Source: Eledone cirrhosa (Eukaryota). Taken from it: a stretch of 64,000 nucleotides of DNA. The translations under genes and the position numbers were made by a program. Each line of letters opens with the position of its first letter. Position 1 is the stretch's first letter. The notes below the pieces were generated by a model. It searched no databases. It saw nothing but the letters and a program-made list of their open reading frames with translations, and was not told the origin of the DNA. The DNA lies in assembly GCA_964016885.1 (NCBI GenBank), contig OZ024742.1, forward strand, positions 128,960,001 through 129,024,000, in the 5' to 3' direction. Shown in pieces: positions 1 through 12,576 of the stretch.

Positions 1-33
1 TCTCAGGCAGACATTCATTTCCCGCCATTACCA

Positions 34-1807
34 ATGACTGCAGGTGTTAAAGCCGCCACCCCGACCACCACCACAGCGATAACAGAAACAAAAGAAAAAA
101 ATAAATTAACTCGTGATATTGAAATGAATTCAACCAAAATGAACTCTTCCACACCGAACACCACTGACGCCACCACCACCACAACTGAAACTAAAATTAA
201 TAATAACAAAAATAACGATCACAACAACAACAACAATGAAATTAAGAAAACCACCCTGAGTTTTGCCAGAGTAGCAAAACAGTGCGAAGCATTCCAGGTA
301 ACTCAGGAGGAATTAGAAGAAGCCAAAAAAATGGTAAAGAAAGATGGGTACAGGGTCAGCCTCACCTCCCACCTAATAAAATGGAGCATCGGCGCCTATG
401 CACCGTGTCTTATCGAACAATTAATATAAAATCGCGCCGAGTGGAACGGGCATCCGAGTCCCAAATCCAAAAAGCTTTGGGATATGTGTGGGCAAAAAAA
501 CCCCACATCAGACGTGGGCAGAAGTATGGAACCGTGGACGTGTTCTTTGAAACACCACAGGAGGCTAGAGAACACTCCATGTCCCCATTAAGAAATGACG
601 ACTTCACACTCGTCCCAAGCTATTGTGGCCAGAGACTTGTGAAGATCAGGGTCACCAACGTTCCACCGGCCATCGAAATTCCCTGGCTAATAGCTGCTGT
701 CCTCGCCGGCATCGAAGCCAACACCAAGATAATCGAAATAGCGAAAGAAAAGCAGGAGAACTGGTCCGGATCTGGGATGGAGTTACTGATCCAATCGGAC
801 CAAAAAAATCATTGAGGAGATCCCAGAGGTAATAGACCTCACTGACGGCAGCCACCTCACCGTAATTGTTGAGGGCAGAAGGCCTAGGTGTGTCGTTTGT
901 TATGAAGGAACCCACCTAAGGGCTTTCTGCCCTCAGGCTAAAAGGTTGAGGCCACCTCTCCTACCCACCCCAGTGCCTCAACCATCAACACCACCAGCAG
1001 CAGAGATGGCAGCAACAACTGTAGCAGCAACAACAGAAGCAACTGTAACAGCAACAACCCCAGCAACAGTAGCAAAACCAACACCAGCACCACCCAACAC
1101 GCCAGAACTAGCACCAGCGCCTACACCATCCACCACACCACAACCAAAACTAACGCCTGTGGAGGATTTTCCACTCCCCGGCCTATCACAACTGGAGACA
1201 GATTGTGGCGCCAAGGAGTGGGAACCGGTATCAGGAAAAAAGAAAAAAAGAAACCAAAAAAGAAAAAAATTTTCTTCCTTCCCCCTCCAAAAACAAAATA
1301 CAGAGGGAAACAAATAAACTATCAAACAAAAAAGTTAGGACAGATATGCCACCATCCACACCAGCATCACCAATCCCATCACCCCAAATACCAACACCAT
1401 CACCATCATTAACCCCAACACCACCATCACCTACACCACAAAAGTCACCAAAAAGCGAAACTGAAACAAACCCACAACAAACACAAACAAAACAAAACAA
1501 CCAAAACGATACACACTACACAGCATTAAATTTGAACAACAACCAATTATTACACTACATCCAACACAACACCAGCATCACAGAAAAAGACTACACAACA
1601 ACCCAAAAGTTCACACCACCTCCACACATACAAATCACTCGCATCACACAGAAAACGTACATGACACTAAAACAAAAATTCCCCAAAGACATCGGAGACT
1701 TCCGACAAGCACTCTCCAGGAGGATTTATAAGGACATCCTTCCTGAGGAGGCCACAAGCAGTGAAAAGGATGGAGAAACCGTCTTTCCTCTACGAGAAGT
1801 AAGGTAA
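34..1807 (+). pseudogene. Tx1/L1 ORF1 (RRM-like region, CCHC knuckle, Pro/Thr-rich tail), frameshifted
   Basis: Overlapping ORFs 34..429, 282..815, 946..1317, 1205..1807; EGRRPRCVVCYEGTHLRAFCP in between. Confidence 0.75.
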
Positions 1808-1841
1808 GTGGTCTTTCCCATCTTTTCCACTCCATTTCAAC

Positions 1842-4800
1842 ATGACCTCACTCAGAATAGGCAGCATAAATGCGCGTGGCTTGGGGTCATCATGGAAGCA
1901 GGGTCACCTGCTCAACGACCTCAGGTCACTAAACATAGATGTAGTGGCCATCAGCGAGACCAGAATCTCCGAAGCACGGGCCTTCGCACCGATCTTCGGC
2001 GGCTACGATGTGTACGCATCTCCCAGCCGTCCGGGATCGGGGGGAGGAGTTGCTGTGCTTTATCGGAGAGGTTTGGATCTCACCATACGGGCCATCTTCC
2101 TGGCCCCAGAAGGTAAGTTGGTGGTGCTGGACGTGACCAGCAGAGACGGGCAAGCTTTCAGGCTAATGCCCCGACAGGAGCAGGGCGGCCTGATTTCTTC
2201 CGGCGTCTGGAGACCTTTCTTGGAACGTCCCGCTCTTTAGTGTTAGTGGGCGACTGGAACGGGATCTTAGATGCACGCTGGGACTGTGTGGGATTAGCGG
2301 ATAGGGGAGGAGGGTGCAAGAGTCTCACCAACCTGCTCAGGCGTTTTGAACTGTCTGACAGGTACCGATTGGATTTCCCGAATGTGCCAATGTGGACTTG
2401 GACAAATCGCATAGGGTCATCCAGATCATATCTAGATAGAGTATTTTGTAGGGAAATAGATAGGTCTAGCATAGGCTGTCCACAATTCAAGATAGTCAGC
2501 TACACGGACCACAAATTCGTGATCTGTGTGCTTGACTTAGATAGGCTTCATAGACGAGGACCCGGCTAAACGCGTCGTTACCAGCGCAAAAGGCCTACAG
2601 AGACCAGATTAGCGAACTAGTTAAGCGGGCGTTGACGGGGGCCATCGTCAACAACACGTGGTGGTTTACTCTGAAAAGAGCGATTAGAATAGAGTCCATT
2701 AGGTTTAGTAAGGCTTTAGCAATAGAGAAAAATAGAGCAGAGGGAGAATTAGTTAGAAAATTAGACGAGGCGCTTAGCAAAGGCATCGTGACCGATGTAC
2801 TTGCGGCGAAATTGGTCCTTGACCAATTCTTCAATGCAAAGCACGAAGGCTGCGTTGTCAGAGCTAGGGTGAGTGCTCTCAGACACGAGGGGACGAAAGC
2901 CGTTCAATGGGCCCGAGTGACGTAGGCGCGTCGTGGCAACAAAACCACGATCCGGTCTTTGGTGGACCACGACGGGCGCATGCTACTCGATCCCGGGCAA
3001 ATGTGTGAAGCTTTTCAGCGACACTTCGCACAGCTGTTCGGGGGCAGTGGCGGGCCGGATCGAGGGATGGACTTTAGTGTCTACCTCGACGGACTGCCGC
3101 GGCTCTCGGCCACTGAGGCGGAGTGTTGCGAAAAGCCGATAACAGCCGCTGAATTATGGGAGGCAATGACTGGCTGCACAAGGGGTAAATCGCCTGGTTT
3201 GGATGGTCTGCACTATGAACTTTACGTACAGATGCCAGACTTGTTCGGAGGCCTCTTGGCGGACGTCTACTGCAACTGGCAACAGAACGGGAGAATTCCC
3301 AGCTCTGTGAGCCGAGGAGCTGTGGAGCTGCTGAGAAAGGATCCGAACACGGGGGATAACATAAATAATTTCAGGCCCATAACTCTGCTAAACACTAAAT
3401 ACAGAGTTCAAGATTTTGGCCAAGGTGCTAGCAAAGAGGTTGGCGCTTGTCGTTGGTGGTCTGGTGGGAGAGGCGCAGACGTGCGCCATTCCCAACAGAT
3501 CCATCCACGACAACCTCCACCTCATGCGATACATCGTAGAGAGGGTAGCTAGGGAACCTGGCACGGGTGGGTCTTTGATCAATTTAGATCAGTCGAAAGC
3601 TTTCGATAGGGTCGACCATCGTTAACTAGCGGCAATCCTGAGGGCGGCTGGCTTTAGGCCCGTCTTCAGAGGCTGGATCGCTGCCATGCACAGCAACATC
3701 TGCTCTGTGGTGAGAGTGAACGGTCACCTTTCGGAACCGTTCAACATCATGCGCTCGGTCTGCCAAGGATGTCCCCTCTCATCCCTCTTGTACGTATTGA
3801 CTCTCGAGCCATTACTGCACAAACTGGAGACGTTGAGGGGTCCTGCGCGAACTAGGATGCGGAAGATCCGTGTCAGCATATGCGGACGATGTCACCATAG
3901 TGGTGTCGAACGCCAAACACATTGAGGCGATCGGCACTACACTAAGAGAATACGAAGCGGTGACAGGAGCAATGATCAACCAGGAAAAGTCAGTGGGCCT
4001 GCAGCTCGGCACCTGGAGAGGCAGGTCCATGCCGTCCAACAGCGTCGTCGGGCGGTGGACGGATGGACCGGTTAAATTGCTAGGGGTCTGGTTCGGTCCG
4101 GACCTCCAGACAGACAAAAACTGGGACGAGGTGACGAGCAGGGTGGCTTCTCTCACCCAGAAATGGGTGGAGAGGAAGCTATCCCTGAAAGGTCGAGCGG
4201 ATGTGGCTAACGCGTACATCGCGTCTGTCATCTGCTACCGCCTGACCGTCGTACCTTGTCCTAAGCCCCGCCTGACTGCGCTGGAGCGTCTGCTCTTTCG
4301 CTTTTTGTGGAAGGGATGCGCTTCGATGGTCAGGCGGTCCATCTGTTGTCAACACCCGCTACATGGAGGGCTGGGCATGCTGTGGCTGATGATGTGCAGA
4401 CACGCGCTCAGGCTACGACATCTCCACCTCTTCCTCGACGGTGATCAGGTGTGGTCGCCGTTTGCTAGACCGAGAGAGAGCGCTTGGAGACTGGAATGTC
4501 TTCAGGCGCTCACAGCCCTCGACTAATCAGGTAATGTGATCGGTGGAAACTCCACCTCGGCGTTCTATAGAGGATTAGTGGCGGGGAAGACCGACGACGT
4601 ACTTGGGAAAACTCTAGGCGTCGACGAAAATCAACTAGCCAATCTCTTCGGAAGAACTTTTGGATCGGGGCCTATGGACAACTTCCAGAAATCTCTGGCC
4701 TGGCAGTGCTACCGAGGAGCCTTGCCAGTTCGGGATAAACTCTACAGGCATGGAGGTGCCGTCAGCCGGGCATGTCAGAGATGCGCGCAGGGCGACGAAA

Positions 4801-5190
4801 CCGTCCTGCACGCACTCGTCCAGTTTTCAAAAAATTGCTGACTTGTGGGTTTATGTCGAACACCTGTTGTCGCGTGTAGGACAGATCCGGCTATCATCTG
4901 AGTCCATCGGGAGGATTGCCCCGCCCTCTTCCTTTAGCCGGGAAGGGCAGGCAGTTTTTATCTGTCTGGTGGCCATGGCGAAAGAGATAGTATGGTGGAC
5001 ACGTTTGAAAGGGCTGAAGACGAGCACTTACCTCTTTGGTGATGCCCTGATTGACTTTTTCAAATTTCATTTGAAAAGGAAAATCAGAGTAGAGAGGGAA
5101 GTGCTCTCTTCCCAGCATTTTGTTTAAAGATGGGTGAGAGAAGCAAGAATGGCCCGAGTGAATGGGCCTACTCTGAGTATGTATCTGTAA
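1842..5190 (+). pseudogene. Tx1/L1 ORF2 (endonuclease, reverse transcriptase, zinc finger), disrupted
   Basis: Consecutive ORF fragments from 1842..2240 to 4660..5127 carry the EN/RT motifs in canonical order. Confidence 0.92.
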
Positions 5191-5456
5191 ATTAAAGGTG
5201 GAAAACTGGGAGAGGGCACTTGCCTTGGTGGTCAGGGTCACTGTGGCCTTTTACTGGACTTTCTCCACAAATGTCCCTCCGAAGTCTCCCCCCTATTGGG
5301 GAATTTTTCATTGTTATTTTTTTGTTACATCCTCTGTTTTTGTTTTTTACATGCAGAAATGCCCATTTGTACCGTCCTGTATTGTCCTGCACTGTCCTTA
5401 ATGTCTACTTTATGTAAACCCTTGTGGTTAATAAAGAAATCATTATTATTATTATT

Positions 5457-6458
5457 ATAATAATAATTGTTTCTACTTTAGGCACAAGGCCAGCAATTAC
5501 CCAGTACATTACTGGTACTTTATTTTATCGACCCCGTAAGGATGAAAGGCAAAGTTAACCTCGGCAGGATTTGAACTCAGATTGTAAAGGGACGTAACTA
5601 TGCTAGAAAGCATGGCGTCCAACCCTCTACCGATACTGCCAATTCACCGCCATTATTATAATAATAATAATAATTGTTTCTACTTTAGGCACAAGGCCAG
5701 CAAATACCCAGTACCAGTAATGCACTGGGTATTTGCTGGCCTTGTGCCTAAAGTAGAAACAATTATTATTATTATTATTATTATTATTATTTTATTATGT
5801 GCGGTGGATTGGCAGTATCGATAGAGGGTCGGACGCCATGCTTTGCAGCAAAGAGTTACGCCGCTTTAGGGTCTGAGTTCAAATCCCGCCGAGATTAATT
5901 TTGCCTTTCATCCTTACGGGGTCGATAAAATAAAGTACCAGTAATGTACTGGGCTTGTGCCAAAAGTAGAAACAATTATTATTATTATGTGCAATGAAAA
6001 TTATTTCAAATGGCCTAAATATTTCAGAGAGATAGATACTGTAAAGGGTAGCAAATTGGCAGAGACGCAGATCACTGTGCTTTGTGTTCAAATTCCAAAG
6101 GGGTCGACTTTGCCTTTCTTCTTTCTAAGATCAATAAATAATGCACCAGTTCAATACTGGGGTTAACTGTGGTTAACTGCCCTGGTGCTAAGCAGTCAAT
6201 TTACCCTAAAACCTTCCATCATGATTTTATATAAGAACTTTTGTTAAGTTATGCTCCAGACACCAACTTAATTGTTTCTACTTTTGGCACAAGGTCCAGC
6301 AATTACCAAGTACATTACTGGTACTTTATTTTATCGACCCCGTAAGGATGAAAGGCGAAGTCAACCTCAACGGGATTTGAACTCAGACCATAAAGGGACG
6401 TAACTATGCCAGAAAGCATGGCGTCCAACCCTCTACCGATACTGCCAATTCACCGCCC
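5457..6458. mobile_element. Cluster of tRNA-derived SINE family A copies (- 5457-5650, tail hairpin 5659-5777, + 5800-5985, - 6270-6458)
   Basis: About 190-bp repeat with A-box (TGGCAGTATCGG), B-box (GAGTTCAAATCC), central GCCTTTCATCCTTACGGGGTCGATAAA block and (ATT)n tail. Confidence 0.88.
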
Positions 6459-6953
6459 TGACACCAACTTAACAATGAGAAAGTTAGTTATAATAAATTA
6501 CTCCAAATTCTTGATTATATTAAAAATAGAAATAAGGTAACGAATGTGTTAATGCCGTGCTGTGAGCCCATGATTCCTGATTGGTTCATAGCAGACTCCA
6601 TCCCTCATCAGGTCTGAATACAGCTGATTTCTTCCTGAGAGAGAGAGAGAGGGGGGGGGGATATTGATCACAATACTGAACTTGTACTTTATTTATCAAC
6701 CTTGAAAGAATAAAAGGCAATGTTGACCTTGGAGTGTAGAGAGTTGAAACTAACACCAGGAAGCATTCTATCAACTCTACCAACTTGCTGCCTAAATGGG
6801 TTAAACTGTTTATTTTGATTTCCTAACATTCAAATTGATCATTTTTCATATTTGATTTCCTTTATTTTCGTCTCCTAAAATTTTCGTCTCCTAAAAATGT
6901 TCAAGAGAATGATTTTGCCCTTTTTTTTTCCTTTGGCTCTGATGTTTCTATAG

Positions 6954-7116
6954 GGTGTTGGATATACGAAATCAGTCACCAAGTACCAATTCGCTCGTGT
7001 GATGCACTTTATAAAATTAGAATTAACAGACAGACAATTGGAATTAATTGTTAAAAAATTTGGCGATATAAAAGGAGACATCAATTACCCCTTGTATGTT
7101 CGAACAGTCGATCCAG
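6954..7116 (+). CDS. Multi-EF-hand host protein, first visible internal exon (GVGYTKSVTKYQFARVMHFIKLELTDRQLELIVKKFGDIKGDINYPLYVRTVDP)
   Basis: Pyrimidine tract plus ctatag acceptor, cag|gtaggt donor, 163 nt open frame with an EF-hand-pair pattern (TxxQFxR..L...INY). Phase 1 end matches the next exon. Confidence 0.85.
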
Positions 7117-7827
7117 GTAGGTTGTTGGTTCAAATAGGATAAATTTTTGTTGTTGTTGATGTTGTTGGAAAAGGAAAGATATTTTTCACTTGTAATGTGT
7201 TTGGCATTAGGAAGGGCATCAAGCCATAGACATCATGCCAAAATACTGATCAGTATGAGCAAGACATTGTCATTTTACCTGAATTGTCTCATAATGTGAC
7301 AACCTACCTAACCCAGGCAAGCATGGAAAATGGATGTTAAATAATGATGATGTTTAGTTAATTAAACATACCCATGCTAGCATGGACGATCGACATTAAA
7401 TGATGATGATGATGCCAATAATTTTATTGATATGCAAATCAATAAAAGCAGAGCCTCTTACTTTTCAAATTTTTTTCTAAGTAGCTACTTTCTCTCTCCC
7501 TCTCCCATAATATCGAATCTATGAGATTTTGATATTATTTATTTTGAGAACAATACTTTAACATTGGTATGAGTGGCCAGTTATGACCAGTTCGAACTGG
7601 CCAGATATGGCCGGTTTAAATGCTAAAGGGTTAAAATAAAGGAAGAAATACAAGCAAGATATTACCATGAGCTTACTTATCTAACAAAGCTTCCTATAGA
7701 CAAAATTTTACTCAATTATCATCTTTCCATCCTTTTGTCCATGTAACAGACAAAGTCAGTACTTAATCAGAACTAGTGTTCGTCTATATGGGTTGGTAGT
7801 CCATGTATTACTTTACCAGTTCACATA

Positions 7828-8310
7828 ATAATTGTTTCTACTTTTGGCACAAGGCCAGCAATTATACCATAAAGGGGCGTAACTCTATGCTGCAAAGTAT
7901 GGCGTCTGACCCTCTACTGGTACTGCCAATCCACATTTCCATTGTTCACATAATAATGATTTCTAGTATAGGCACAAAGCCAGTCATTTGGGGGAAGGGG
8001 AAAATCGATTAAATTGACCCCAGTACATTAAAGATGCTTTATTTTATCGGCCCCGTAAGGATGAAAGGCAAGGCTAACCTCGGCGGGATTTGGAAACAAA
8101 GTAAAGGACCATAGCTCTCTACCGATACTGCCAATCTACCACCCTCACATAATAATTGTTTCTACTTTAGGCACAAGGCCAGCAATTACCCAGTGCATTA
8201 CTGGTACTTTATTTTATCGACCCCGTAAGGATGAAAGGCAAAGTCAACCTTGGCGGGATTTGAACTCAGATCGTAAAGGGACGTAACTATGCTGGAAAGC
8301 ATGGCGTCCA
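7828..8310 (-). mobile_element. Three tandem partial SINE family A copies
   Basis: Same consensus as 5457-5650, repeated head to tail. Confidence 0.82.
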
Positions 8311-8342
8311 CACATAATAATGAAAAACAAAAGTGGACAGAA

Positions 8343-8548
8343 TGTTGTGTGTGTGTATGTGCATGCATGCATGTATATGTGTGTGTGTGTGTGTGCATAT
8401 GTGTGTGTTTGTGCATGTGTGTGTGTGTGTGTTCATGTATGTGTGTGTGTGCATGTGTGTATGTGTATGTGTGTGTTTGTGCATGTGTGTGTGTGCGTGT
8501 GCATGTGCATTCATGCGTGCATGCATGCGTGTGTGTGTATGTGTGTGA
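8343..8548. repeat. (TG)n/(TGCA/TATG) compound microsatellite
   Basis: Directly visible. Confidence 0.95.
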
Positions 8549-9049
8549 CCCCTTTTTTATTTCTGAAACATGATCTCAGATCAAACAACTTGTCAAACAG
8601 GTACAGCCCAGGAATCATCTATATTATTTTGTGATAAATAGGTTTCCATCATTAATCATTAAACATTTTGTTTTGTTCCTGTATGACCAGTTCAGTGATT
8701 ACACTTAAAAGACAAAAACTAACCAAAAAACAGGGCAACCTCATCTTGCCCATACATATATTTGACATGGTTTCTATGGCTGCATGCATTTCCTAATGTT
8801 GACCAGTTTACACAGATTGTACAGGGTGTATTTTATCTTGGTACCAGCATTAGAGAGGTTGCCATCACATTGATATAGCTCAAGTGCCATTCTTACTCCT
8901 TTTGGCATGGTTTCTATGTCTGGATGCCCTTCCTAAGACTAGCCATTTTATGCTTTACACTCTGCATATTCATACTCTTATAAATAGCTAACATGATGTG
9001 TGTTGCTTCAAGTTTGTATTAAACTTCATAATTTTTGGAATACTTTCAG

Positions 9050-9186
9050 GCTACAAGGCACATTATGTTGGTGACATTGTGCTTCCAGACAAACCAAACT
9101 TCGAGGTTAAACCACCAAAACCTGAGCTATCTTTTGAAGACTTAATGGCTCGCATAAGACATACTGTTTTTATAAACAGACTTCAA
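9050..9186 (+). CDS. Multi-EF-hand host protein exon 2 (GYKAHYVGDIVLPDKP...LMARIRHTVFINRLQ)
   Basis: tttcag acceptor, caa|gtaagg donor, phase 1 in and 0 out; lies inside ORF 8998..9372. Confidence 0.85.
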
Positions 9187-9809
9187 GTAAGGAGCAAAAG
9201 ATATATTTCTTTTCTTTTACTAATTCTAATCATTGAGACTGTAGCTATCTTTAGCACTCCTTATGACTTGTCCTATAATATCTGCCCTTCTGTTAAACAT
9301 TATTTTAACACCATGTGGAGATTAATTCATATATCTTCCTTGGGCAGGTTACTGGCAATTTGTGCAGAGTGAGGTATAAATATAGAAAAGACCAAAAAAC
9401 TTACTAAAGATTTAAATCCATGGTCTTATTTATGCTTATTACCAAAGTTGATAATTGGTTATTGATACTGATCATTAAAATCGATTGTACGCATCTTTTT
9501 CTGTGATTTTATGAAATGGATCCGTTTCATGATTTTGGCTTGATTCTATCATTAAGTGAGTTTATATATTATTTGTTTTTCTATATATATACATAATCAT
9601 CATCATCATCATCGTTTAACGACTATTTTCCACGCTAGCATGGGTTAGACATAATACTAATAGTTTCTCAACTGGATGTAAAAAAATATTTTTATATATC
9701 GTTTAAATTTGTATAATTGATCCTCTGAGCATTTTTTTAGTTTTTTGTTGAGAAACATAACCGATATATATTTTATATGTATAGTATGTAGAGATTAAAC
9801 CTAATTATA

Positions 9810-9810
<1 letters not shown>

Positions 9811-9882
<72 letters not shown>
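9811..9882. repeat. (TA)n microsatellite
   Basis: Directly visible. Confidence 0.97.
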
Positions 9883-9886
<4 letters not shown>

Positions 9887-10808
9887 CATGATGGCTGCAA
9901 ACTCTGCTAAAAGTACTGCAATCGCTTGTCAGATTATAGAGTTTGGTTCACGGCCGGCTACAAAAACCTGTAACATATCCTGAACAAGTAATGCCTGTAC
10001 TTTGAAGGTTTTTTTAAGTGGGGAGAGGCCTTGCACTCGACCAATCCCACTCTCTAAGCACCGAAAACACTACCTGAAAAGGAGAACTGGTGAACCTCAT
10101 TGGATGCTTCCGAAGTGACAGGTTTTTTTTCAGAGTGTCCATCTCTTAGAAAGGTGTTATGATAACAACTGGGGGCCTTTCACTCCCAGGTGGAAAAAAA
10201 AAGTACTATTTGGATGGCCGTTGACTCTGCTGAGTTCCTCCACCCTTTGCCAGGTCTTGTATTTCATCCTGCAGGGTGTCCAAATATCACCCTCCTCATC
10301 AAGCTAGCTTGGTGAGGTTGCAAGTTTAGTCGCGGATGACCTGATGCTTATATGTGTGTGTGTATGTGTGTGTGTGAAGTACAGACATTTGCAATTGAGT
10401 ATGATTGCCAGGGTTTTATGTATCCATATAGATGCAAGCAGACATACAACCTCACACCTTTGATCCAGAGGAACATCCAAGATGTGAGAGAGGGAAGGAG
10501 GGAAAACAGCCCTAGCACTGGGCTGGTGTTTCTATTATTGACTCCAACAAGATGAAAGGCAAAGTGGACCTCAGCAGGTTATGAACTAAGGACACAGGGA
10601 ACCAGAACAAATATCAACTCCTCTAATGACTCTGACAAATTGAATGCCACATATATATAATAGATTATTCGAAGTTTGATAGCCACGACAATGCGGATTG
10701 GATGGAAAATAAGTCGTTAGAAATGAGGGGTGTTTTTTTACCTTACTTTATTCATATGTCCTGATATTTTGAGATTAATATCTCTTCTTCCGAGGAAAGT
10801 AAAGGAAC

Positions 10809-11204
10809 TGTAGCAAGATGACGCCACCTGGTGTCTGGCTTTAAAAACAGACTATTAACTGCCCTTAGTTCGGACGTCACGTTCTGATGTTATTAGCTGA
10901 AGGCTATCTCTTCCGACATTGACTTTTATGCTAAGAAGACGTGTTTGTTGGCCTGTCGCATCTATAATGCACCATGCGGTCAACGATACATTTCAACGCA
11001 TCCCCTTTATGACAATATCTGACACGAAGTCAAGGAGCAACAGATGTAGTAACCTGTCTTGTTTATTTCAGTGATTAAAATGCTTATGTATATATAATCA
11101 TAGAGGTATGTTTTTTATGAACTGTTTATTGCGCCTACACTTACAAAAAACCTATAGAAGAGTTGTTCATACAACCAAACTAGGGAAGTGAACACCCTTC
11201 TAAA
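10809..11204 (+). repeat. 5' LTR
   Basis: Begins TGTAGCAAG, ends CTTCTAAA; about 12 differences from the 3' LTR by manual comparison. Confidence 0.93.
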
Positions 11205-11782
11205 TTCGTTGACCCCGAACGTTGAACACTTTTAAATGGCAACCTTCTGATAAAACATTTGACTTTTTTTTTAACAAGCAGTTATCTAAGCGAAACTTAT
11301 AAAAAAAAAAAAAGATATATTGAAAGCTATAGCGGTAATCAACATTATTGAACATTTACAGACAAAAACAAACAAACAAAAAACTTATATCTTCTGTTAT
11401 GTTATTCTCTGTGCAGTGAATATAAAAAAAAAAATGATTAGCAACATTTTTGAACATTTTTAAACAGACAAGACAGAAGAAATTTATTTTTTGTAATGGC
11501 CGATGATTTTCCCGCCAATTGTCTTTCTTCTCCGAAATGCAGCCATCTGATTGGCTGAGACGCATCATGTCATGCCATCGCCTCCTCCAATTAAAGAAAA
11601 AAAAAACATTTAAATTTTCTGCCTTGAATGATTGTGACTTGTCGATTCCGGATTTTGCATTTCTTCTTTCTTCATGGATGTTGAGGGAAATTTGTGTAGT
11701 TTTCCTGTTGTTCCAAACATCTAACACGCGTTGCATTTCTTTACTTGGATATCATTTAGTATTTTTTATGTGGAACTGATAC

Positions 11783-12576
11783 ATGCTAATGATGAGTAGT
11801 CCTAATTTACTTGCATTCTCCGATGAGCCCAAGCTCTGGTTTGCGCAACTGGATGCATATTTTGCTGCAAATGGAATTAAAACAGAGCAGAAACTCAATG
11901 TTTTGATTAGTGGTATACCTTCGTCGCTCGCCATCACGGTGAAAGAGTTAATAACGGACCCGCCAACCGCTACTTCGTATGGTTCGTTGAGGACGGAAAT
12001 ATTAAGGAGAAACTGCCTTCTGCTGAAAGCAGGTTTTGTGCATTATTGGAGGACGAGTGTTTAGGCGACAGGTTGCCATCCAAATTTTTATGACACATTA
12101 GGGACCTCAGCGACTTGACCGACGAAGATAGCCCATTCATAAAAAAACTATTTTTCTCTCGCCTGCCAAACAACGTCCAAATTATCTTGGCAAACATTGT
12201 GGATACCAGCTCTTTGGAGCAGATTGCTGCCTCTGCTGATCGGATCGTAGAATTTTCTCGAAAGGCTACCGCCCCGGACTCGTGTGTTGCTTCTTCTTCA
12301 CTTTTGAACAAGCCCGTCTCGATGCGCGAGGATGCCATGTTAAAGGCTATTGATGCTTTGACACAGCAAGTCGCTCGTTTATGCAGGGAGAATAGGCTGT
12401 ATTCCTGGCGGCCTAGGAGTCGTTCTTGTTCTTTCGCGACTCCACGTCGGCACACTACTTCGTCCGCCAGCAATCCATTATTTTGCTGGTATCATGCCAC
12501 CTTCGCTGATAAAGCAAAACACTACCGGCCACCGTGTAACTATTCAACTTCGGGAAACGCAGACCAGAGTCACTGA
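11783..12576 (+). pseudogene. gag: Gypsy gag, disrupted
   Basis: PKLWFAQLDAYF, RLPNNVQIIL and CWYH motifs; GGGAAAC slippery-type site at ~12552. Confidence 0.85.

Larger units (their letters stand above)
1..5456 (+). mobile_element. L1/Tx1-clade non-LTR retrotransposon, near full length, inactivated by frameshifts and stops
   Basis: ORF1 pieces with CX2CX4HX4C knuckle (889-930). ORF2 has APE endonuclease motifs (SINARGL, ISET, VGDWN, YLDR, TDH), RT motifs (KSPGLDG, FRPITLLN, DQSKAFDRV, QGCPLS, YADD) and a C-terminal CxxC..ETxxH finger. AATAAA at 5430 then (ATT)n. Confidence 0.93.

Noticed and set aside
6864-6896. 16-bp tandem duplication upstream of the first exon acceptor
   Set aside because: A simple slippage duplication with no evidence of function.
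8998-9372. Stand-alone 124-aa gene
   Set aside because: Only 9050-9186 is exon-like and bounded by splice sites; the rest is intron read-through.
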